From assembly GCF_006345805.1 (NCBI RefSeq), contig NC_042998.1:106640001-106704000 (forward strand): a stretch of 64,000 bases of DNA. Direction: 5' to 3'. How positions within the stretch are numbered: position 1 is the stretch's first letter; each line of letters starts with the position of its first letter. Below are positions 11,235 through 21,538 of this stretch, piece by piece. This stretch comes from Octopus sinensis (taxonomy: Eukaryota). Position numbers and translations under genes: made by a program. Below the pieces are notes generated by a model that saw only the letters and a program-made list of their open reading frames with translations, did not search any database and was not told the DNA's origin.

Positions 11235-11635
11235 GAGTGAGTGAGCAGTGCATGCCATCAAAGTGACACTGGGTTAAAATATATGAAGCCCAGTATACCC
11301 ATCATGACCACCCGTCTGATATGGGTACACCAGGCACATGCATCACAACCATATGTGCGCGACATTGTGATCTCATATCAAGATAAACAGCGCATGACCT
11401 TGCAGGTGGGGCCCAGTTAGAATTTTCGTCAGATCGAGTAGCCCATCCCGCTCAAAAGGTCCCTGAATAAGGATCGTTTAAGGATTTTAAACGAAACGCC
11501 CATGTTTCCAGACGTGAATTATTCAAACCCCAAAGAATCCCTCTCAATACATGGCTATGATGCTCCCCCACTACTTCTGCGTGATCAGAGATGCACATAT
11601 CGTCATCCACTAAGGGACATGCTCAACTAGTTAAG
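11235..11635 (-). mobile_element. 5'-truncated copy of the 554-bp (AAT)-tailed element
   Basis: Reverse complement of ~15135-15534; (ATT)n tail at 11220-11234. Confidence 0.9.
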
Positions 11636-11648
11636 ATGTACTCTTATT

Positions 11649-14600
11649 ACTGTCCGACAGGTTTCGACTAGACAACCCGAATGTGCCAATGTGGACTTGG
11701 ACCAACCGCATCGGGTCGTCTAGATCGTACTTAGATAGAGTGTTTTGTAGGCCAGCGGATAAGGACAGCGTAGGGTGTCCACAATTCCACCTAGTCGAAT
11801 ATACGGACCACAAATTAGTGATCTGTACGGTCGACTTAGATAGGCTACATAGACAGGGACCCGGCAACTGGAAGCTGAACGCGTCGTTAACGGCGTGCAA
11901 AGCTTACAGAGACCGGATTAGTTTACTAGTTAAACGGGCGCTCACGGGGGCAATCATCAACAACAACTGGTGGTTTGCCCTCAAGAGAGCAATTAGAGTA
12001 GAGTCGATTAGGTATAGTAAGACTCTAGCTATTGAACGTAGGAAGAGAGAGCGGGATTTAGTTAAGAAACTAGACGAGGCTCTTGACACTGGCATCGCGA
12101 CCGACGTGTTGGCGGCAAGGTTGGCCCTCGACCAACACTTCGACGCCAAACACGAAGGCTGCGTTGTCAGAGCTAAGGTACGTTCGCTAAGCGGGGAGGG
12201 GACTAGAGCCGCTCGATGGGCCCGCGTGGCGGAGACGAAGCGAGACAACAAAGCAACCATTCGGTCTTTGGTGGACCAGAACGGGCGCGAGGTTACCGAA
12301 CCGAAGCAGATGTGTACGGTGCTTCAGCGGCACTTTGCTCAACTGTTTGGGACGAGCGGTGGAACGGACAACGGTGCAGACTTCGGTGTGTACCTGGACG
12401 GCCTACCGCAACTCTCGGACAGCGAGGCAGAGTGCTGCGAAGGACCGATATCTGCCTGGGAAGTACAGGAAGCGATGAAGAGTTGCACGAGAGGTAGATC
12501 GCCGGGTTTGGATGGTCTGCCCTACGAGCTTTACTTTTCAATGCCAGACTTGTTTGCGGGCCTGTTGGCAAACGTCTACTGCAACTGGCAGCAAAACGGG
12601 AGAATTCCTGCTTTTGTCTGTCGAGGGGTGGTGGCTTTGCTGAAGAAGGACCCAAACAAGGGGGACGTTATAGGGAATTTCCGGCCCATCACTCTGCTCA
12701 ATGCAGAGTTGAAGATTTTGGCCAAGGTGCTAGCCAAAAGATTGGCGCTTGTCGTGGACAAGCTGGTCGGCAAGACGCAGACATGCGCCGTGCCGACCAG
12801 GTCGATATACGACAACCTCCATCTCATGCGCTACATCATAGAGAGGGTGGGTAACGACGCTGGCGCGGGTGGGGCTTTGATCAACTTGGATCAGAGTAAA
12901 GCCTTCGATAGGGTCGACCATTGGTACCTGGCAGCTGTCCTCAAGGCAGCCGGCTTCGGTCCAGTCTTCCGCGGGTGGATAGCTGCTTTATACAGCAACA
13001 TCTGCTCGGTGATACGGGTGAACGGTCACCTTTCGGAACCGTTCGACATCTCGCGTTCGGTCCGCCAAGGATGCCCTCTCTCCTCCCTCTTGTACATTTT
13101 GACTCTCGAGCCATTACTGCGCAAGTTGGAGGCTTTGAGGGGTATCCCTCGCGATCTAGGAGGCGGAAACAGCGTGTCTGCTTATGCCGACGACGCCACC
13201 GTGGTGGTGTCGAGCCACAGGCACATTGGCCTGATTGGCGAGACACTAAACCAGTACGAAGCGGTGACAGGGGCAAAGATTAACGCGGAAAAGTCTGTGG
13301 GCTTGCAACTGGGCACCTGGAGAGGCAAGCCCATGCCGTCCAACAGCGTCGTAGGGCGCTGGACAGACGGACCCGTTAAACTGCTCGGGATCAGGTTCGG
13401 TCTGGACCTCCAGGTGGATAAGAACTGGGAAGAGGTGACGAGCAGGGTGGCACGTCTCACCCAGAAATGGGCCAAGAGGAAGCTGTCCCTGAAAGGTCGA
13501 GCGGAGGTGGCGAATGCGTACATCGCATCCGTCATCTATTACCGCTTGACCGTCGTCCCTTGTCCCGACCGCTGGTTGGCCAAGCTGGTACGCCTGCTCT
13601 TCGACTTTTTGTGGAAGGGTCAGGTGCCACTGGTCAGGCGATCCATCTGCTGTCAACGACCGCTAAACGGAGGCCTTGGAATGCCGTGGTTGCTGTTGCG
13701 CAGACATGCGCTCAGGCTGCGGCATCTCAAGCGCTTCCTAGACGGTGAACAGGTGTAGTCGTCTTTTGTCAGACGCGATTTTCCGCAGCTCGTCTCTTTG
13801 ACGGAGCTGCAGACCTGGATCAAACGTAGACCGAGAAAGGGCGCTTGGCACCTCGAGTGCCGTCAAGCCCTCTCCGCCCTCCGTCAGGCGGGCAATGCGA
13901 TCGGTTACAGCTCCACTCTAGCGTTCTATAGAGGGTTAGTGGAGGAAAAATGCGACGACGTTCTCGGGGAAACTCTAGGCGTTGAAGACGACGAACTGAG
14001 CGGTCTGTTCGGAAGGACTTTCGGGCCGGGGCCGATGGATAATTTCCAGAGGTCGCTCGCCTGGCAGTGCTACCGAGGGGCTCTGCCTGTTCGAGATAAA
14101 CTCTACCGGCACGGAAGTGCCGTCAGCCGGGCCTGCCCGAGGTGTTGCCAGGACGACGAAACCGTTCTGCACGCACTCGTCCAGTGCCCGAGTATTGCTG
14201 AAATATGGGTTTATGTCGAACAGCTACTGTCACGTGTAGGACGGATCCATAGTGAAGATTGCCCCGCCGACCTCCTTTAACAAGGAGGGCGAGGCCGTTT
14301 TCTTATGCCTAGTGGCTGTGGCGAAAGAAGTTGTGTGGTGGACTCGTTTGAAAGGGCTAAAGTCAGACACTTTCCTCTTTGGTCAAGGCCTCATCAACTT
14401 TTTCAAGTTTCACTTGAAAAGGAAGATGAGGTTAGATAGGAAAGTGCTGTCCGATAGCAAGTTTTATGAAAGGTGGGTGAATTGTGCGAGACTGGCCAGT
14501 ATAAATGGACCAGTTCTCAGGTTTCGCCTGTAATTTCAAAAAGGTAATGTAAAAGGAGAAAAAGGGGACTCTCTACACCCCTTTTTTGACCAGGCTCCCG

Positions 14601-14805
14601 TTGGCTTTTGTAGGGTTTTTTCCACCAGGAACCTTTCGAAACGTCTCCCCCTTTTGGGAGTTTTTCATTGTTGAATTTTTTAAATTGTTATAAAGATTTT
14701 TACTCGATGTTTTTCAAAAACGGACAAAACCCTTTGTAACCTTTCGTCCTGTTTTGTCCCTTTATGTAATCATGCGTGTCAGCCCTTGTGGCCAATAAAA
14801 AAGAA
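11649..14805 (+). mobile_element. Tx1/L1-type non-LTR retrotransposon, 5'-truncated (copy 2)
   Basis: End of EN, then RT, then a C-terminal CxxC..HxxxxC zinc knuckle (CPRCCQDDETVLHALVQC), then a 3' UTR ending aataaaaaagaa; no ORF1; no convincing TSD. Confidence 0.95.
11683..14533 (+). pseudogene. Disrupted ORF2 (reverse transcriptase) of the Tx1-type LINE
   Basis: RT motifs SPGLDGLPYE, FRPITLLNAELKIL, LDQSKAFDRV, RQGCPLS, AYADD; premature TAG at 13756-13758 (Trp in copy 3); 17-bp deletion and frameshift near 14248 relative to copy 3. Confidence 0.92.
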
Positions 14806-14811
14806 TTGATG

Positions 14812-14850
<39 letters not shown>

Positions 14851-14851
14851 G

Positions 14852-14884
<33 letters not shown>

Positions 14885-14980
14885 CCATCATTATTTCTTC
14901 CATTTAACCTCTGAGAGCGATTTCATTCCTCATTCAATAATAATAGTAATAATAATAATAATAATAGCAGTACCATAATT

Positions 14981-15534
14981 GCCCTGATGCAGTACCAGGC
15001 AGTGGCTCTCATGGCTTCTGATCTTAACTGATTGGAAGTGTTATCATGTACTTTGTTTTGTCTTGGTATAAAAGATGGGCTACAGCAAATATTCTGCTCA
15101 ATACCACAGATTTGCTTGTCAGTTGTTTGACCTTAACCAGTTGAGCATGTCCCTTAGTAGCTGACGATATGTGCATCTCTGATCACGAGCAGAAGTAGTG
15201 GGGGAGCATCACAGCCATGTGTTGAGAGGGATTCTTTGGGGTTTGAATAGTTCACCTCTGGAAACATGGGTGGTTCTTTCAACATCCTTAAACAACCCTT
15301 ATTCAGGGACCGTTTGAGCGGGATGGGCTACTCAACCCGAAGAAAATTCTAACTGGGCCCCACCTGCAAGGTCATGTGCTGTTTATCTTGATATGAGATC
15401 ACCATGTCGCGCACATATGGTTGTGATGCATGTGCCTGGTGTACCTTTATCAGACGGGTAGTCATGATGGGTATATTGGGCTTCGTATATTTTACCCCAG
15501 TGTCACTTTGATGGCATGAACTGCTCTCTCACTC

Positions 15535-15573
<39 letters not shown>

Positions 15574-16278
15574 CATTTCTACTATAGGCACAAGGCCTGA
15601 TATTTTGGGAAGTACTGCTAAGCATTTTGCCCGGCGTGCTAACAATTCTGCCAGCTCAACACCGAATAATAATTGCTCAATACCACATATTTGCTGGTCA
15701 GTTGTTTGACCTTAACCAGTTGAGCATGTCCCTTGGTGGCTTGCCCTGATGCAGTACCAGGCAGTGGCTCTCATTGCTTCTGATCTTAACTGATTGGAAG
15801 TGTTATCATGTACATTGTTTTGTTTTGGTATAAAAGATGGGTTACAGCAAATATTCTGCTCAATACCACAGATTTGCTTGTCAGTTGTTTGACCATAACC
15901 AGTTGAGCATGTCCCTTAGTGGCTGACGATATGTGCATCTCTGATCACGAGCAGAAGTAGTGGGGGAGCATCATAGTCATGTGTTGAGAGGGATTCTTTG
16001 GGGCTTGAAAAATGGGTGTTTCGTTCAACATCCTTAAACAACCCTTACTCAGGGACCTTTTGAGCGGAATGGGCTACTCGACCTGAAGAAAATTCTAATT
16101 GGACCCCACCTGCAAGGTCATGTGCTGTTTATCTTGATATGAGATCACCATGTCACGCACATGGTTTTGATGCATGTGCCTAGTGTACACTTATCAGACG
16201 GATAGTCATGATGGGTATACTGGGCTTCATATATTTTACCCCAGTGTCACTTTGATGGCATGCACTACTCTTTCACTC

Positions 16279-16312
<34 letters not shown>

Positions 16313-16880
16313 GCCCTGATGCAGTACCAGGCAGTGGCTCTCATGGCCTCTGATCTTAACTGATTGGAAGTGTTATCATGTACATTGTTTTGTCTTGGTA
16401 TAAAAGATGGGCTACAGCAAATATTCTGCTCAATACCACAGATTTGCTTGTCAGTTGTTTGACCTTAACCAGTTGAGCATGTCCCTTAGTGGCTGACGAT
16501 ATGTGCATCTCTGATCACGAGCAGAAGTAGTGGGGGAGCATCATAGCCATGTGTTGAGAGGGATTCTTTGGGGTTTGAATAATTCACCTCTGGAAACATG
16601 GGTGGTTCTTTCAACATCCTTAAACAACCCTTATTCAGGGACCGTTTGAGCGGGATGGGCTACTCAACCTGAAGAAAATTCTAACTGGGCCCCACCTGCA
16701 AGGTCATGTGCTGTTTATCTTGATATGAGATCACCATGTCGCGCACATATGGTTGTGATGCATGTGCCTGGTGTACCTTTATCAGACGGGTAGTCATGAT
16801 GGGTATATTGGGCTTCATATACTTTACCCCAGTGTCACTTTGATGGCATGAACTGCTCTCTCACTCAATAATAATAATAA
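14981..16880 (+). mobile_element. Tandem array of a 554-bp (AAT)n-tailed retroposon-like element
   Basis: Copies 14981-15534, 15743-16278 and 16313-16866 plus a partial 15674-15740; all start gccctgatgcagtacc and end cactc(aat)n. Confidence 0.9.
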
Positions 16881-16924
16881 TGGTTTCAAATTTTGACACA
16901 AGGGTAGCAATTTGGAGCGAAGGA

Positions 16925-18421
16925 TGAGGTGGACAACACAAAGACAGACATAAAGTGTGGAAGTTTACATATAGTGAAAAAAAAGGTAAGTATACACAGT
17001 TTACAATGAAAAGTAAGGGACGTATACGTAGAATATACAAAGGTTTTAAAATGTGGAGGAAGGATGATAGAGATTTAGCCCTCCTGATACATGATGACCT
17101 CTAGGGACAGTCGAGGAACCCCACTGTCCGAGATTTCCCTGAACACCAAGAGCAAGTTCCCCCTCGAATCCCTTCTCTCCGACTCACAGGTCTACACTTA
17201 GAGAAGCACCATCCACTTTTGGCTTTGTCGCAACTTTCCCCCACCTTTCAATAAACTCACTCGAGGACAGCACTTCCCTCTTCACTCTCAGTTTCCTTTT
17301 CAAGTGAAACTTGAAGAAGTCAATGTGAGTCCTACAAAAGATAAATGTATCTGTCCTCATGCCTTTCAGCCTTGTCCACCAAACCTCTTTCGCCACAGCT
17401 ACTAGACAAAGGAAAATTGCCTCGCCTGCACAATTGAAGGAGGGCAGCGGGGCAATCATCACTACAGACTCGGCTGATAAACGGATCCCCCCCACACGTG
17501 ATAGTAGCTGTTCGACATAACCCCACAAATCAGTAATGTCCGGACACTGAACGAGCTCGTGCAGAACGGTTGCGTCACTCTGCGCGCACCTCGAACAAGC
17601 CCGTCTGACAGCACATCCGTGCCTGTAGAGTTTATCTCGAACCGGTAGCGCCCCCGATAGCACTGCCAGGCCAAAGACATTTGGAAATTAGCCATAATAG
17701 TTTCCAACCGGTAAGTCCTCCGGAACAGACTAGCCAGTTTATTTTTGTCGACGCCCAGAACTTCCCTGATAACGTTGTCGCACTTCTCCGCCACTAATCC
17801 TCTATAGAGTTCTAAAGCGGAACATCCACTGGTCCCATTTCCCGATTGACAGAGGGCTGTAAGTATCTAACGACATTCTAAGTGCCAGGTGCCCAGTCTT
17901 TGTCTTTTCTTCACCCAGGACTGCAATTCCATCAATGAGACGAGCTGCGGAAAGATGATCCTCACAAACGGAGCCCACATACGCTCACCGTCCAGAAATC
18001 GTTGCAGGTGCCTTAACCTAAGAGAATGTCTATGCATTAGGAGCCACGGAATACCCAGTTCGCCACTCAGAAGATGCTGGCAACAGATTGACCGCCTGGA
18101 CATTGAAATTCCACAAGAATTTAAATAAGAGACGCTCCAACCTGGTCAAGCAGTAACCAGGACAAGGCACGACGGTCAGGCGATAAATGATAACGGAGGC
18201 GATATAGGTATTCGCTACCTCTGCAAGACCATTCAGAGACAGCTTCCCACCAGCCCATTTCTGGGCAACTGGCCACCCTGTTCGCCACCTCGTCCCAATT
18301 TTTATCACCCTGGAGGTCGGGACCAAACTAGACCCCGAGCAGTTTAACTGGTCCGTCGGTCCTGCGTCTCCAGGAGCCCAACCACAAACTCAACGATTTG
18401 TCGACGTTGATTTTAGTCCTT
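16925..18421 (-). mobile_element. Tx1-type LINE 3' fragment (copy 3, diverged subfamily)
   Basis: Minus-strand peptides align to copy 2 from KINVDKSL through GALPVRDKLYRHG...CSRCAQSDATVLHELVQC to the stop at 17184; the 3' UTR differs. Confidence 0.92.
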
Positions 18422-18860
18422 TAGGATGGTGCTGATCGTTTCCACTTTAGAGAGGAGGAGAAGAAGAAGAAGAAGAATCTTTTCTACTATAGGACAAGGT
18501 CTAAAATTTGGGTGGCGTAACTGGTACTTATTTCATCGACCCCAAAAGATGAAAGGCAAAGTCGACCTCAACCTCGACAGAATTTGAACTCAGAACCTAA
18601 GGACGGACGAAAGGCCGCTAAGCATTTTGCCCGGCGTGCTAACGATTATGCCAGACGACTAAGAATGACAAATGTGGTAATTATGTCGACGGCAACACCA
18701 ATGATGATGATGCTGATGAAAACGACGACGATGACGTGCATAAAAATGCTATTTCCCAACAACGATAAGAAATTAATGAATAAAAATATAAAATCTATTT
18801 TATGTATAAAAAACAACAAAAAGAAAAAAAAGAAAGTAATTATACGAGTGATGAGTGTGT

Positions 18861-18906
<46 letters not shown>

Positions 18907-19135
18907 ATGTAAATCTACTCTAGAATCAATCATATATATAATCATCATTAGGTGGGGAAAAGGGAAGTCATAATTATGAGAATAAGTTCTGAGTTCAAAT
19001 TCCACGGAAGATGACTTTACTTTTCATCCTTTCGGGGTCGATAAAGATAAGTACCAGTTGGGGTTGATCTAATCAACTTATCCCCCAACCCGCGAAATTG
19101 TTGGCCTTGTGCCAAAATTTTTAATCATTATTATT

Positions 19136-19355
19136 GGTTTGACTCAGGTTCGGTCTTATTCCACAAGTTTTCAGTAACCTTTCAAGTGCTTAGAATCCTC
19201 TTGATTATCTTTGCTGTCCCTAAGAGACAAACTTTCTGTAGGAGCTCTACTGGGCATTCTATTCCAGTCTCCTTCAGCCATTTGTCTATATCTTTGCTTC
19301 CTATTCCTAACACACCAATTATTATAGGCACGACTTTTACGGTCTCATACTCGAA

Positions 19356-19356
<1 letters not shown>
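19136..19356 (-). mobile_element. R4/Dong-type (RLE) non-LTR element, 3' end
   Basis: VKVVPIIIGVLG...LLQKVCLLGTAKIIKRILST* followed by a short UTR and an (AAT) tail. Confidence 0.8.
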
Positions 19357-19390
<34 letters not shown>

Positions 19391-19391
<1 letters not shown>

Positions 19392-19810
19392 GATGTTGCA
19401 CAGTATACAATATCGTGAGGTTGTTGATTGAAGATATTGTGTCTACCGGAGATTTGTACTGTTTGTCGAGTCACAACAAGGACCCCAGACAGACAGTACT
19501 TTACGCAATATGCGTGTAGTTCCAAGTAATACTCTCTTACTTGTTTCAGTCATTTGACTGTGGCCATGCTGGAGCACCACCTATGCTGACTTTTGCAATA
19601 CATCTAGATTGTAGGCTATCTCTAAGGTTTTCAGATGCTTTTGTCAGATTGGGTGGTGTTGAACCCAAAGCTCCGATGACAATAGGGATAACCTTTTTGT
19701 TCGACTCTCGTAGCTGCCACATCTTAGCGATCTCAATTCTCAGGTCTCCATATTTATCAACTTTTTCTCTTTCTTTCATGATGATATGTGGATATCCTTG
19801 CCATCAAAAT
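19391..19810 (-). mobile_element. Second R4/Dong-type 3' fragment, interrupted by a SINE A tail (~19535-19580)
   Basis: KEREKVDKYGDLRIEIAKMW...VIPIVIGALG...LQKSA|LLGTTRILRKVLSV; its (TAA)n tail at 19357-19390 joins the next R4 copy. Confidence 0.8.
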
Positions 19811-19827
19811 ATAGGGCAAGATATTTC

Positions 19828-20118
19828 AACAGCCTGAGCTTTTAAGGACCACAGCTCTTCAATATCCTCCCGAAGGGCCTGAGAGACCTGCATGGGGTGG
19901 ATGTAGGTGTCTTCAAAACGAAATTAGATCTCTTACTGTCAAGTGTCCCAGATGAACCAACTTCACAGCAGGAAGGGCAAATGAGAGCAGCAGCATCAAA
20001 TTCCCTCATGCACCAAATGTCAATTTCCAAAATGAATTAGTGAAGTAAAAGCTATATAGCAACAGTAAATGGTGGTGCCCCAGCATGGCCACAGCTCATG
20101 AACTGAAACCGGTTGAAT
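19828..20118 (+). mobile_element. CR1-type LINE 3' end
   Basis: SLSFKGPQLFNILPKGLRDLHGVDVGVFKTKLDLLLSSVPDEP...AASNSL followed by the tail ggtggtgccccagcatggccacag; same family as 54660-55350. Confidence 0.85.
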
Positions 20119-20124
20119 TCAATT

Positions 20125-20201
<77 letters not shown>

Positions 20202-20464
20202 TAAAATATATTTGCTAACTAATCGGTGATCTCGAAAAAGGAGAAATAAGCTACGTTAAAGCTCTGAGCGAAAGATAAACAGCAACAGTACGGAATCATA
20301 AAACGTATTTGCCAACTAAATGTGGCGGACCCATAGAGAACGATATTACTGTTGTTTTTAGCCCCAGGAAGACATCTCTTCCATCTGACTAACGACACAC
20401 AGTTTGTGTCCGATTAGTATTTGCGAGGGGAGGTCATCGCTCCCATCTCTAGCCTTACGTGATA

Positions 20465-20507
20465 CACATAGACTCGGGTTTCTGAATAGTTATCCATCTT
20501 CAGTGTG
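20465..20507 (-). ncRNA. Minimal type-I hammerhead ribozyme motif inside a ~358-bp repeat unit
   Basis: CACA-CUGAAGA-UGGAUA-AC-UAUUCA-GAAA-C-CCGA-G-UC/UAUG: intact core, GUC triplet, one mismatch in stem I. Confidence 0.7.
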
Positions 20508-20835
20508 AGATAATCACCAGCTAGTGATGAAAACTCATTCCACTCGCAAAATATTATATGCTTTTTCCAGCAACAAACTGTCGCTGATCTCGAAAAAGGA
20601 GAAATAAGCTTTCTAAATCTGTGAGTGAAAGGTAAACAGTAGCTGTACGGAACCGTAAAATATATTTCACCGCTTTGTTTTCGTTTTAGGTAGAGCAGTC
20701 TATGTTACTGTTTATATGGAAATTATGTGTGTTTGTAAGTATTTTTCTGGTTTTCACATCAATGGCTCGGATCTCATCGAGCTTCCAATCAAGCAGCCCA
20801 AATGTTGGTATAAGTACTGGCACTGCAAACACATT

Positions 20836-20874
20836 ATGTATGTATGTATGTATGTATGTATGTATGTATGTATG

Positions 20875-20903
<29 letters not shown>
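20836..20903. repeat. (TATG)n microsatellite
   Basis: Seen directly. Confidence 0.95.
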
Positions 20904-20906
<3 letters not shown>

Positions 20907-21504
20907 ACTCTTTAACTTAGCGCTTCAGCATAAAAGAACGATAGAATAAGTACCAGATTTTAAAAATAAGTACCGGAGTCGACTTGTTCCGTTAAAACTT
21001 TCAATGTAGTGCTCTAGATGGCCGCAGCCCAGCGTGTGTATATACAGGAAATACAACTAAGGAATAATACTTATCCAATGTACTGTTGGTATAATACCCA
21101 AATTATCAATACACAAGTGTTTTTAATTGCAATACAATAAACTTATTGTATTAAATGGGTGAAGGTAAAGAAATATTTTACCATTAATTTATATAACAAA
21201 TAAGAAAATGGAGAAACACATTAGTGTTTCTCCATTTTCTTATTTGTTGACCGGGCGTTGTGTGTGTTTATTGAGCGAAAACACATAAAAGCACTACGAG
21301 GCTCCTGCAGAGGGTGGTGGCGACCCCTGCTGTACTCTTATAAACGGCGGTACATCAGCATGGTCGTAGCTCTGAGCTGAAACTAGAAAATATATATATA
21401 TATATATATATGTATATGAAATTTATAGAAAACAAAAGACGAAGGCAGGTCTATGAACAACAAGCAAGTGTATTGGTTTGCCGCTCGGGAAAAATGAAAA
21501 AGTA

Positions 21505-21538
21505 TTTTACGTTCCGAGCTTAGGCTCTTCAACAGAAA
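21505..21538 (-). ncRNA. Degenerate family C hammerhead motif
   Basis: UUU-CUGUUGA-A-GAGC-CUAA-GCUC-GGAA-CG-UA/AAA (GAAA mutated to GGAA). Confidence 0.4.

Noticed and set aside
15159-15200. CTGACGA in the 554-bp element as a possible hammerhead
   Set aside because: Followed by GAAG with no closing stem II pair and no stem I or III; twister and HDV-like patterns were also not found by eye.
14981-16880. CRISPR array or satellite interpretation of the tandem
   Set aside because: Units are ~550 bp with retroposon-like tails; there is no short repeat-spacer structure, and the context is eukaryotic.
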